Shown: positions 28,240 to 36,860 of the stretch, piece after piece
How the letters are laid out: each line of letters begins with the position of its first letter
Numbering within the stretch: the first letter of the stretch is position 1
Origin: an uncultured Clostridia bacterium
GTDB taxonomy: Bacteria > Bacillota > Clostridia > TANB77 > CAG-508
NCBI GenBank assembly: GCA_944388805.1
Contig: CALXKE010000004.1
Coordinates: forward strand, 6,799 to 70,798
Direction of reading: 5' to 3'
DNA length: 64,000 nt
Program-made: the position numbers and the translations under genes
Notes under the pieces: generated by a model
Seen by the model: the letters and a program-made list of their open reading frames with translations, nothing else
Databases searched by the model: none
What the model was told of the DNA's origin: nothing

Positions 28240-29322
28240 TTACCTCCATACTTGAAATCCTTTTGCAGAAAATGAACAAATCTGTTTTAATTCTGCACAA
28301 ATCCCTACTTCATTAATCTGTGCTATTTTTCTAACATAATTTCTCAGCTCGTTATCCTTTTCAGGAAATCCATGCCGATTAACCGCATCTTCTCCAATGG
28401 TAATACTACCATCGGAAAAGTTCATTTCACCTATTTGTATACCATTTTCACAATAGGTAAAATTACTATTTTCTGGTAATTCCAATCCGAAACCATGAGG
28501 AATATAGTGATTTTTAGATTTTTCTTCCTTTTTCACTATATATATAGGCTTCCCCGGACTTGTGAGCAATGTTGCAAGTCCTTCAGTTTTTTGAACACCA
28601 ATCAATACTTCATGTATTGTAGGCATTCCGTAATGAGAAACATTTAAAATTTCCTTTCCCATTTTTCCTGCTAAAACTTGCTTACAGAAAAAATAATTCC
28701 TTTTTCTATTAAAGGATTCCAGCATTTCTGCCATTTGATAAAACCTTTCTGCCGTCTTTCCTGTTATAAATCTCAGATACCGGTACTCTCCTAACCTTTC
28801 TGTTAAGATACTATTATAGTACCAGTTTCCTATAACAGGATACAGCTGTTCCTTATACTCACATGCTGAAGCATGAACAAGCATGTAGTAACCTTTCTTC
28901 ATTCCTATGCGATTCTCATCATTCTCCAGATGACACAAAGAAATAAAATGATTACCTCTAGCAAAATTCCAATCATACTTTGATGTGTCTGCCAAAGCTT
29001 TCTCACATCTCTCTTTGAATTCTGTTATACTTATATCAGAACTTATTTTATACAAAGCTGTACCACAGACATTAATTGTAGCATCTACTGGAATGAATGG
29101 AGTATCTGCTTGCTTCCAGAGATATGCAGCACCTGTAAAGAAACCGCCCCGCATTCTTGTAACATTATGTGCAATCCCTAAATCAGACATTGCATAAATA
29201 TCACAAGTTTTCTGTGTTGATGAAAGTTTTGTTGCAACTTTTGAAATCAACTTTTCTGTTGTTTCTAACTCCCGAAGCACTTTCCTCTGTGTTCTATCAT
29301 TTAATGTCAGATTATAAATCAT
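28240..29322 (-). CDS. Hypothetical protein with divergent RtcB (RNA 3'-phosphate ligase)-like active-site motifs
   Basis: Motif-level resemblance to RtcB, recalled from memory: PVDATINVCG (D..CG metal site), ARGNHFISL (GNHF), MLVHASA (LHSGSRG position), VSHYG (CHHN position), IPHGFG (SHGAGR position). 25/60 G+C at 28741-28800; five in-frame CGG Arg codons. Confidence 0.45.
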   Translation of the reverse strand: MIYNLTLNDRTQRKVLRELETTEKLISKVATKLSSTQKTCDIYAMSDLGIAHNVTRMRGGFFTGAAYLWKQADTPFIPVDATINVCGTALYKISSDISITEFKERCEKALADTSKYDWNFARGNHFISLCHLENDENRIGMKKGYYMLVHASACEYKEQLYPVIGNWYYNSILTERLGEYRYLRFITGKTAERFYQMAEMLESFNRKRNYFFCKQVLAGKMGKEILNVSHYGMPTIHEVLIGVQKTEGLATLLTSPGKPIYIVKKEEKSKNHYIPHGFGLELPENSNFTYCENGIQIGEMNFSDGSITIGEDAVNRHGFPEKDNELRNYVRKIAQINEVGICAELKQICSFSAKGFQVWR

Positions 29323-29482
29323 ATTGTCTCCTCCTTTATTTTTACATTAAATGTTTTTTGTTACAAATCCTTTATTAAAGAATTTAAGTTTAGCATTTCA
29401 AGCATTTAATTTCTTGCTTAATATATGCCCATTTTATTTTATGTTAATCTCATTCTCTAAAGTTTTCAAAATACAGTTTTTT

Positions 29483-29509
29483 AAAATTGATAAAAAAATT
29501 ATCAATTTT
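29483..29509. promoter_or_regulatory. Perfect palindrome, candidate operator in the divergent promoter region
   Basis: aaaattgata-aaaaaaa-tatcaatttt between the RtcB-like gene start (29322) and the STAND gene start (29604). Confidence 0.35.
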
Positions 29510-29541
29510 TATTTTCTTTATGGCGATATTCCCTTCTATCC

Positions 29542-29571
29542 TTGTACTTTTATGTAAAATAATGGTATAAT
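29542..29571 (+). promoter_or_regulatory. Candidate extended -10 promoter of the STAND-type gene
   Basis: TTGTAC (29542-29547), 18-nt spacer, TGgTATAAT (-10 hexamer at 29566-29571). Confidence 0.4.
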
Positions 29572-29603
29572 AAAAATAGATTTTGTTATTGATGGAGGAA
29601 CCT

Positions 29604-31895
29604 ATGGAACAAGATATCGTAAAAACAAACAGAGCAAAACTATTATCTGATTTTATTAATGAAATGAAAGTATCTATAAAAAAACATAATATAAAAGGAG
29701 AATTACCTAGCAAAACATATATCTATACCAGAATTGCAGATTATACCCATTATGCAGAAGTGAGTATCCGAAAATTTTTGACTGGTAGTATTCCAAAAGA
29801 CATTCCTAGTTTTTTGCAAGGAATCCTAGAATATGCAAAATTGGTACAAGTGGATGATTCTAAGATTGATACATTTGCCAAAAATTATTTATCTGCTACC
29901 AATACAGTTGTTTTTCAGGATACAACTATCCAAACCAAAAATAATTTAATTCCTCAAGACTTAAGCAAAATTATTCGTTCTCAAAAACTAACTTCATTTT
30001 TAGATGATTTTATCAATCATCCTATTAATATTGCTTATATTTATGGATATAAATTAGGTGGAAAATCAAAATCTGTTATGGCATATATGTATGATTTGAG
30101 CTTAAAAAATAAATTTGAAAATATGATTTGGATCAATCTAAAAAGGGAAAATCAATTATCTACTATTTTAGATACTATTTTGCTTTTCAATTTAGAAAAT
30201 AAAGCAGAAATCAAACCTGAAGAAAAACAAGATGCCTGTCTAGAGTTTATAAAAAGCAGTAAATCTATCCTTATATTCGATTTTGATGATGACATTATCC
30301 AAGATGAAACCATTACCTTTATAAAAAACTTTTCTAAAATTTCAAAAATAGTAATGATTACTTCTATTCCTTATCATCAATATGAAAATTCCTTAGATAC
30401 CTATTGTTCTAGTTTTTGTATTAACGACTTCATTTCTAAGGAAGAGCTAAAAGCTATGCTTCATACAACAGAAGACTTCAAAAAAATTATAGATATGCAA
30501 CCTTCATTAGTCGATACATTATATTCCATTACTGGTGGCATTCCATTTGCCTCTATCTATTTAATGAAAAAAATTGTCAATGCCAATAAGCTTGGAATTT
30601 CTTTAGAAAAAGCTATTTCTAAATATACAAAAACAAATGAAGATTATAAACTCATGTCAGAAAAAATCATTCATGATATATGGAAAGAATTAAGTCCAAT
30701 CGCAAAAAAAATCGTCATTATTTGTGCAAATTTTAAGTATACCATATCAATTGAACTTGTTTCCTACATATTGCATTTAGATATATTATCAACTGAGTGG
30801 CAAGAAGCTATTACAGAATGTTATACAAATGATTTATTAATCCCGATTATTCAAAATAATCCTAGATTAGATATGCACAATTTAATCAAAACACTTGTCT
30901 TAGTAAATGCTTCTGAAGAAGATTTTGATAAAGAAACATTTTTGAAACAATTGGCAAAATTTTATATGGATAAATCTGCCTATGTAGGTGAATGTTATAA
31001 TGACATTTCTAAATTAAAATTATTTGATGAATTAGACGAATGGAACATTACAAAACAAGTTTTAAATATGTTAGAAGAAAATATATTATATAAAGAATAT
31101 ATTACCATTATTAGAAATTTAAAATACTATATTTATGTTAGAGGTATGTGGAATAAAGGTGAAGATTCCCCACATTTAAAAAGAGCGAAAATGGCAAATA
31201 TGATTCAAGATAAAAATGAGGAATTAGAAGCTTTATGTGATTATATTAATATCATGTCTAAATCACAAAACCAAGAAGAAGCAGAGAAATATTTAGATAT
31301 TGCTTCAAAAATTGTTGATAAAGGAAAAGATTCTTTAGAAAAACGTATTGTTTGCTTATTTTATCATGTAAAAGCTTTATATACTTGTAACTGTCTGAAA
31401 AATTACAAAGAAAGTTATGACATATGGATGAATATTAAAGAAAACTATTTTCCTTATATTAACGAATATCGAAAATTGGTAACAGATTTATGGATTACCA
31501 GATGTTATTTAAAAATCGAAAATGCTTTTGATTTAAAATATAACATGTTAATTGAACGTCTAGAAGAAGCCAAACTTGCCAATTTCACTCGTGGGCAAGC
31601 AGATTATCGCCTTTTATTAATTTCTTTGCTATTAGAAAATTATGTAACTAGTAAAGACACGAATCTTTTGAAAAAAGCAAATACGCAATTAAAAGCTTGC
31701 GAAAAATTTCTAAAAGACAATGATTTAGATGATATTCGAAACGAAGCTCTATATTATCGATTACAAACCATATACTCTGTTTATACAAATGACTTTGAAA
31801 AAGCTGAAGAATTTTGTCAAAAAGCTATTAAAGACTATGAAATGATGAATTGCAAAAAAGATATTGAGAGTTTGCTTGAAATTTTGAATCATTAG
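29604..31895 (+). CDS. STAND-type signal-transduction NTPase: N-terminal HTH-like region, P-loop NTPase, C-terminal TPR-like helical repeats
   Basis: Walker A GYKLGGKSKS and Walker B-like SILIFDFDDD. The N-terminal ~70 aa are HTH-like (..YTRIADYTHYAEVSIRKFLTG..). The C-terminal ~330 aa are helical and repeat-like. ATG 29604 is 5 nt after GGAGG. AT-rich, with no CGG. Confidence 0.65.
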   Translation: MEQDIVKTNRAKLLSDFINEMKVSIKKHNIKGELPSKTYIYTRIADYTHYAEVSIRKFLTGSIPKDIPSFLQGILEYAKLVQVDDSKIDTFAKNYLSATNTVVFQDTTIQTKNNLIPQDLSKIIRSQKLTSFLDDFINHPINIAYIYGYKLGGKSKSVMAYMYDLSLKNKFENMIWINLKRENQLSTILDTILLFNLENKAEIKPEEKQDACLEFIKSSKSILIFDFDDDIIQDETITFIKNFSKISKIVMITSIPYHQYENSLDTYCSSFCINDFISKEELKAMLHTTEDFKKIIDMQPSLVDTLYSITGGIPFASIYLMKKIVNANKLGISLEKAISKYTKTNEDYKLMSEKIIHDIWKELSPIAKKIVIICANFKYTISIELVSYILHLDILSTEWQEAITECYTNDLLIPIIQNNPRLDMHNLIKTLVLVNASEEDFDKETFLKQLAKFYMDKSAYVGECYNDISKLKLFDELDEWNITKQVLNMLEENILYKEYITIIRNLKYYIYVRGMWNKGEDSPHLKRAKMANMIQDKNEELEALCDYINIMSKSQNQEEAEKYLDIASKIVDKGKDSLEKRIVCLFYHVKALYTCNCLKNYKESYDIWMNIKENYFPYINEYRKLVTDLWITRCYLKIENAFDLKYNMLIERLEEAKLANFTRGQADYRLLLISLLLENYVTSKDTNLLKKANTQLKACEKFLKDNDLDDIRNEALYYRLQTIYSVYTNDFEKAEEFCQKAIKDYEMMNCKKDIESLLEILNH

Positions 31896-32019
31896 GGACG
31901 TGTCAAATTGGACATTTTTCGTTTAAAAGGGACAGATTAGGTCTGTCCCTTTTGTTTCATTTTGGAACATTGGGGACAGGTTAAATCGTTTCAAAATGAA
32001 ACGATTTGGCACGTCCCTA
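31893..32019. repeat. Compound palindromic element (GGGAC family) filling the gap between two convergent genes
   Basis: Termini TAGGGACGTGTCAAAT / ATTTGGCACGTCCCTA (1 mismatch). Inner hairpins are aaaagggacag-atta-ggtctgtccctttt and aatcgtttca-aaa-tgaaacgatt. Both flanking stop codons (TAG 31893-31895 plus strand, TAG at 32017-32019 minus strand) lie inside the terminal repeats. Confidence 0.85.
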
Positions 32020-33042
32020 TCGTTTCAGATTTTTTCTTCTTAATTGCCCACATGCTGCATCTATGTCTGATCCTAGTTCTCTTCTAATGGTTGCCACAAT
32101 CCCATGGTCATTCAAGTAATCTCTAAATTTCATGATATTTTCATTTGAACTTTTTGTATATGCTCCATTTTCAATTTTATTAATGGGAATTAAATTCACA
32201 TGGCAAAGCATCCCTTTTAACAATTTTACTAATCGTTTGGCATCTTCTAAGTTATCATTATTTTCTTTTGCTAATGCATACTCAAATGAGATTCTTCTAT
32301 GTGTTTTTTCAATATAGTCCTTACATGCTTGTAGTAATTCTTCTATATGATATCTATTGTTTACTGGCATCATTTCACTTCTTTGTTCATCTGTTGTTGC
32401 ATGTAAAGAAATGGATAAGGTACATTGTATATTTTCTTCTGCCAATTGATATATTTTTGGTACTAAACCACTTGTTGATATACTAATATGTCTTGCTCCT
32501 ATATTTAATCCTTTTGGATGGTTGATAATTCTAATTGCTTTTACGACATTATCATAATTATCTAATGGTTCTCCGATTCCCATAAAGACAATATTTGAGA
32601 TTCTAACATTGGCATCTCTTTCTACAGCCATAATTTGTTCAATAATTTCTCCACTACTTAAATTTCTTGCAAATGGAATTCCTGTTGATGCACAAAATTT
32701 ACATCCCATTTTACAACCAATTTGAGATGATACACAGATGCTATATCCATAATGATATTGCATCAATACAGTTTCAATGGCATTTCCGTCTAAAACATCA
32801 AATAAATATTTTCTTGTTCCATCTGATGCTACTTGTTTTTTTAATATTTTAAATTCTTTTATTTCATAGATTTGTTTTAATTTTTCTCTTAATTCTAATG
32901 ATAAATTGGTCATTTCATCAAACTCAGAAACTCTTGCTTCATAAAGCCATTTATATATTTGTTCTGCTCGAAATGGCTTTTCTCCGATTTCTTTTAGTTC
33001 TTCTTTTAATTCATCTAATGTATAGTCTTTAATATTTTTCAT
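32017..33042 (-). CDS. rlmN: 23S rRNA/tRNA adenine-C2 methyltransferase RlmN (radical SAM)
   Basis: CKMGCKFCAS radical-SAM motif, ..GMGEPL.., ..SLHA.. Start set at MKNIKDY (ATG 33042) behind AGAGAGG. Confidence 0.9.
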   Translation of the reverse strand: MKNIKDYTLDELKEELKEIGEKPFRAEQIYKWLYEARVSEFDEMTNLSLELREKLKQIYEIKEFKILKKQVASDGTRKYLFDVLDGNAIETVLMQYHYGYSICVSSQIGCKMGCKFCASTGIPFARNLSSGEIIEQIMAVERDANVRISNIVFMGIGEPLDNYDNVVKAIRIINHPKGLNIGARHISISTSGLVPKIYQLAEENIQCTLSISLHATTDEQRSEMMPVNNRYHIEELLQACKDYIEKTHRRISFEYALAKENNDNLEDAKRLVKLLKGMLCHVNLIPINKIENGAYTKSSNENIMKFRDYLNDHGIVATIRRELGSDIDAACGQLRRKNLKR

Positions 33043-33191
33043 TTTCTTTCCTCTCTTATTTTTTATATCCATGATATTCGTTAATCATTACTGTTCTATT
33101 ATACCATGTTTTCCTAGTTTTTTCATCATTACAAGGAAAAAAGATGTATTTGTTTTATTTTTTATTGCCTATTTAATTCTATATACAAAAT

Positions 33192-33229
33192 GAAAGTATT
33201 ACTAAATGATTTCATTTAATAATACTTTC
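33192..33229 (-). terminator. Terminator after the choloylglycine hydrolase gene
   Basis: gaaagtatta / taatactttc 10-bp perfect stem, followed on the minus strand by ATTTTGT. Confidence 0.5.
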
Positions 33230-33265
33230 ACCTTATATAGAGCTTTAAGTATACCCTTTTCTTAT

Positions 33266-34240
33266 TTAATTCAAATATTGTATATGTTGTTTTCTTGGTA
33301 ATTCATATGTTTCCAACTTATCTCCATTCTTGTTTTTTTCATTTAATGAAACTGCATTGATTTGATTATTATAATAAGTTTTAAAATAATATATACCTTT
33401 ACTTGCATTCATACAAGAAGAATAAGTTGTCATATCATAATGGTTTTCTTTTGTTATAACACTTCCCTTTATCATAGAAACAGAATCTAAGATATGAAAA
33501 ACTTGGGAAATGGAACTTTCCTCATCTTCATCTGTAATAGAGTTAAATTTATAAAATGCGGTTCTAACAAATCTAGAAGTTGGTGTGACATCTCCTGGTA
33601 ATCCCATCATTCCCATTCCTTGTCCATATGGTTTCAAAGGAATTTCTTCTGAAAACATATTGGTCGGAAATTTAGCTGATACATGCATATAATTATTCAT
33701 ATGAATCTCATGATAATTAAATGGTGGATTATTGGTTAAAACACCATAGGGATTATCATAAATTTGTAATCCATTTTTGGTTTGTTCTAACACAATACAT
33801 TCTTTTTTATCACTAATCATCCAATGTAAATCCACGACTGGTATATTTTCATGAAATCTTTGATTGGTTATATTGAGTTTATTTAACTCCTCTCTTAATT
33901 CTGCTATACTTGAAAAGTTTCCTAAACACCATGGAATTAGTTCAAATGAAGTTATATTTATATATCCGTCTTTTTCTTTATCATATACTGCATTTTCTGG
34001 AAAATATAATCCTGCCATGCATAATCCTTTTTCATTCCCACTATCTGCATATAATGGATAATCATCTACTACTGTTCCCATTCCTATCATGGCATATTTT
34101 GTTTTCATTTTTTCATGATTTCTTAAAGTAAATTCATAATTTCTGGGGGTTACTATCACTTTTTCTCCAAAAGTAGATTCTAAATCTAAATTTCTTCCAA
34201 AATAGTAATCTTTTGTTTTGAATGTCATACAAGTACACAT
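33266..34240 (-). CDS. Choloylglycine hydrolase family (bile salt hydrolase / linear amide C-N hydrolase, Ntn type)
   Basis: MCTCMTFKTKDYYFGRNLDLE: the nucleophile Cys2 follows the initiator Met, and the R/N/D residues of the family are conserved. 324 aa. Confidence 0.85.
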   Translation of the reverse strand: MCTCMTFKTKDYYFGRNLDLESTFGEKVIVTPRNYEFTLRNHEKMKTKYAMIGMGTVVDDYPLYADSGNEKGLCMAGLYFPENAVYDKEKDGYINITSFELIPWCLGNFSSIAELREELNKLNITNQRFHENIPVVDLHWMISDKKECIVLEQTKNGLQIYDNPYGVLTNNPPFNYHEIHMNNYMHVSAKFPTNMFSEEIPLKPYGQGMGMMGLPGDVTPTSRFVRTAFYKFNSITDEDEESSISQVFHILDSVSMIKGSVITKENHYDMTTYSSCMNASKGIYYFKTYYNNQINAVSLNEKNKNGDKLETYELPRKQHIQYLN

Positions 34241-34262
34241 ATTCTCACCTTTTTTATTTATT

Positions 34263-34448
34263 TTAAAGGTCTTTGATTTCTTTTGGAATAATGATATTTT
34301 GGGGTCTATTTACTTTTATTAATTGTTGGTAATTTTCAAATATTTTATAATCTTTTCCATAAAAAAACATCAACAAACCTCTTCTTATTTTATCAAATTT
34401 TGTTTGTTTTATTACAATTAATCCTGTTTCCATTTTTTTATGTAACAT
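34263..34448 (-). CDS. Small hypothetical protein (weak call)
   Basis: 61-65 aa ORF directly upstream of and co-oriented with the hydrolase gene. No recognisable motif. Confidence 0.3.
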   Translation of the reverse strand: MLHKKMETGLIVIKQTKFDKIRRGLLMFFYGKDYKIFENYQQLIKVNRPQNIIIPKEIKDL

Positions 34449-34481
34449 AAATATCACCAACCTTTATTTTTCATTCGATTT

Positions 34482-34686
34482 GAGGGATTTTGGGGACGGA
34501 CTCATTTTTCCCTTTTTATGGATAATCCCCAAATCATAAATCATTATATATAGTTTTATGTATAAGCAAATTACTTTTCTGAATTGAAATTCAGATATGA
34601 AAGCATAATAGTTCTTTTTTATCATTTATATTTTTATAAGTTATAGTTTAAAAAAGGGAAAAATGAGTCCGTCCCCAAAATCCCTC
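34482..34686. repeat. Palindromic element PE1, copy D (short arms, long loop)
   Basis: The arms gagggattttGGGGACGGactcatttttcccttttt lack the middle module of copies A and C. The ~130-nt loop contains an inverted partial terminus (atccccaaat) and a small hairpin tctgaatt-gaa-aattcaga. Confidence 0.88.
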
Positions 34687-34774
34687 AACTCGAACATTTT
34701 TGCTTCAATATCATTATATCATTACCATTTATTATACACAAGAAAAAATTTTTTAAATTTTTTTTAATTTACTA

Positions 34775-34803
34775 TTACATCAATTTTCCAAATATGGTAT
34801 AAT
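34775..34803 (+). promoter_or_regulatory. Candidate extended -10 promoter upstream of the membrane protein gene
   Basis: TTACAT (34775-34780), 17-nt spacer, TGgTATAAT (-10 hexamer at 34798-34803). Confidence 0.45.
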
Positions 34804-34956
34804 ATATAAGTACGTAAACGTGTAGCTTTAATGGCGTAAATCCAGTTTAGTTACACATTATTTTTTTGCCTGCAAAGAACAACGATACTACTCGACACCA
34901 AACTTTAAAATATAGTTCTTGCAAAGCAACATAATTACATGAAAGGAGGAATTTTT

Positions 34957-35457
34957 ATGCCAACAAATAAAAAAGAAGGACTTATTTTTGGAATTAGTAT
35001 GTGTTTCATCATGGTATTTTTTATGGGACTTTTAAATATTTCTATTCATTTAGGTGGATTTAATGTAAATTCTATAAAAACCGCTATTATTGCTTTTCCT
35101 GTAACATTTATCATTGCCTTTATTTTAGAGAATGTAGTTATTGGGAAAATTAATCATATGTTATTAGAAAAGTTTGTTGATAAATCTGATAGTAAAAATG
35201 CATACATTCTTTTTAATTGTTTCTTTATTGTTACCTTAATGTCTTTAGTTATGACAATTATTGGTGGTTTTTTAGGTGGAGATAATGCTCAAACAATCTT
35301 TAGTGAATTCTTTATTAGATGGCCTAGAAACTTCTGTGCAGCATTTTTCTTAAATATTTTAGTTGCTGGTCCTATTAGTAGAGCAATTTTAAGAGCAATT
35401 CAATCTAAAAATGACGCAGTAGATGATTCTGTTTTAGCTAATCAAAATAATGATTAG
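34957..35457 (+). CDS. Small integral membrane protein (4 TM, internal duplication; possibly DUF2798-like)
   Basis: MPTNKKEGLIFGISMCFIMVFFMGLLN.. Two similar halves of 2 TM each. ATG 34957 is 6 nt after AAAGGAGGA. Confidence 0.55.
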   Translation: MPTNKKEGLIFGISMCFIMVFFMGLLNISIHLGGFNVNSIKTAIIAFPVTFIIAFILENVVIGKINHMLLEKFVDKSDSKNAYILFNCFFIVTLMSLVMTIIGGFLGGDNAQTIFSEFFIRWPRNFCAAFFLNILVAGPISRAILRAIQSKNDAVDDSVLANQNND

Positions 35458-35625
35458 TATTCTATATTTCAAAAAAATGACGATTTGAAAATTTGTTCCT
35501 TTGTGGAATTCTCCAAATCGTCATTTTGGTCTTAACTTATTTTTATAATAACAACAATTTCATTTATATATTTTTCGTCATTATATTTCATTTTTGTTTT
35601 ATGAAACGTGCCCAATGGGACATCA

Positions 35626-36798
35626 TTAAAATGTTCCCAAAAGGACATCTGCCATTTCTTCCATTTGTGATATATTTTCATCACTCATTGTTGATTTTAT
35701 AGTTATTATAGGTTCTATAATATGGATATTTTTCATTTCTTCTAAAGTTCCCTTCATACATTTTCCAGCTGAAGGCGCCCATGAACCATTTTCTATAATT
35801 CCTACAGTCCTGTTTTGATAATTTCTTTCTTTTAAATGATCTAAAAATTGTTTCATTGGTGGAAATAGTCCTGCATTATAGCTAGAAGACGCAACAATTA
35901 AATGGGAATATCTAAATGCATCTTCAATAGCTTCTGCCCAATCTTCTTTTGTTAAATCTGCTAATACCACTTTTTTTGCACCTTTTTCTTTTAAGATTTC
36001 AGCTAATTTTTGAGCAGCTTTTAAGGTATTTCCATAGATAGAACTACAAGCAATATAGATTCCTTCTTCTTCTGGCTTGTAACTACTCCATGTATTATAT
36101 TTATCAATGTAATATCCTAAATTTTCTTTTAAGATTGGTCCATGTAAAGGACAAATCATTTGAATATCTAGTGTTGCTGCCTTTTTTAATAAGGCTTGTA
36201 CTTGCATTCCATATTTTCCGACAATTCCAAAATAATATCTTCTTGCTTCACAATCCCATTCTTCATCTGCATCCAATGCTCCAAATTTTCCAAAACCATC
36301 TGCTGAAAATAAGATTTTTTCTGTTTGCTCGTAAGTCACCATAACTTCTGGCCAATGTACCATTGGTGCCATAAAGAATTGTAATTTATGTTTTCCAATG
36401 TCTAATACATCACCTTCCATAACAACAAATTTTCTATTAGAAAAATCAATTTCTTTAAAGAAATTAGCAAGCATATTAAAGGTAAGCTGATTTCCAACAA
36501 TTTTCATTTCTGGATATTTTTTTGCTAATTTTCCTATATTATATGCATGATCTGGCTCCATATGAGAAACTATTAAATAATCTGGTTTTTCATCTTCTAA
36601 AGCTTTTTCTAAATTTTTGAACCATTCATCTGTTAATTTTTCATCAATTGTATCTAAAACGACATTTTTTTCATCTTTTATTAAGTAAGAATTGTAACTC
36701 ATTCCATTCTCTAATACATATTGGCTTTCAAATATTTTTATACTTTTATCACTTGCTCCAATATGGATAATATCCTTTGAAATTGTCATATCACTCAT
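35626..36798 (-). CDS. FprA-type flavoprotein (metallo-beta-lactamase-like domain plus flavodoxin-like domain)
   Basis: Di-iron/MBL motif SHMEPDHA and a C-terminal flavodoxin-like segment (IYIACSSIYGNT..). 390 aa. Confidence 0.8.
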   Translation of the reverse strand: MSDMTISKDIIHIGASDKSIKIFESQYVLENGMSYNSYLIKDEKNVVLDTIDEKLTDEWFKNLEKALEDEKPDYLIVSHMEPDHAYNIGKLAKKYPEMKIVGNQLTFNMLANFFKEIDFSNRKFVVMEGDVLDIGKHKLQFFMAPMVHWPEVMVTYEQTEKILFSADGFGKFGALDADEEWDCEARRYYFGIVGKYGMQVQALLKKAATLDIQMICPLHGPILKENLGYYIDKYNTWSSYKPEEEGIYIACSSIYGNTLKAAQKLAEILKEKGAKKVVLADLTKEDWAEAIEDAFRYSHLIVASSSYNAGLFPPMKQFLDHLKERNYQNRTVGIIENGSWAPSAGKCMKGTLEEMKNIHIIEPIITIKSTMSDENISQMEEMADVLLGTF

Positions 36799-36860
36799 AA
36801 AAACGCTCCTTTTCTTAATTTCTTTAAATTCTATTATGTTTTTATAACTGTCCCATCCTA

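Noticed and set aside
29450-29713. 87-aa minus-strand ORF in the divergent control region and 5' end of the STAND gene.
   Set aside because: It has an AT-rich low-complexity product, overlaps the better-supported STAND start and the promoter/palindrome region, and has no SD.
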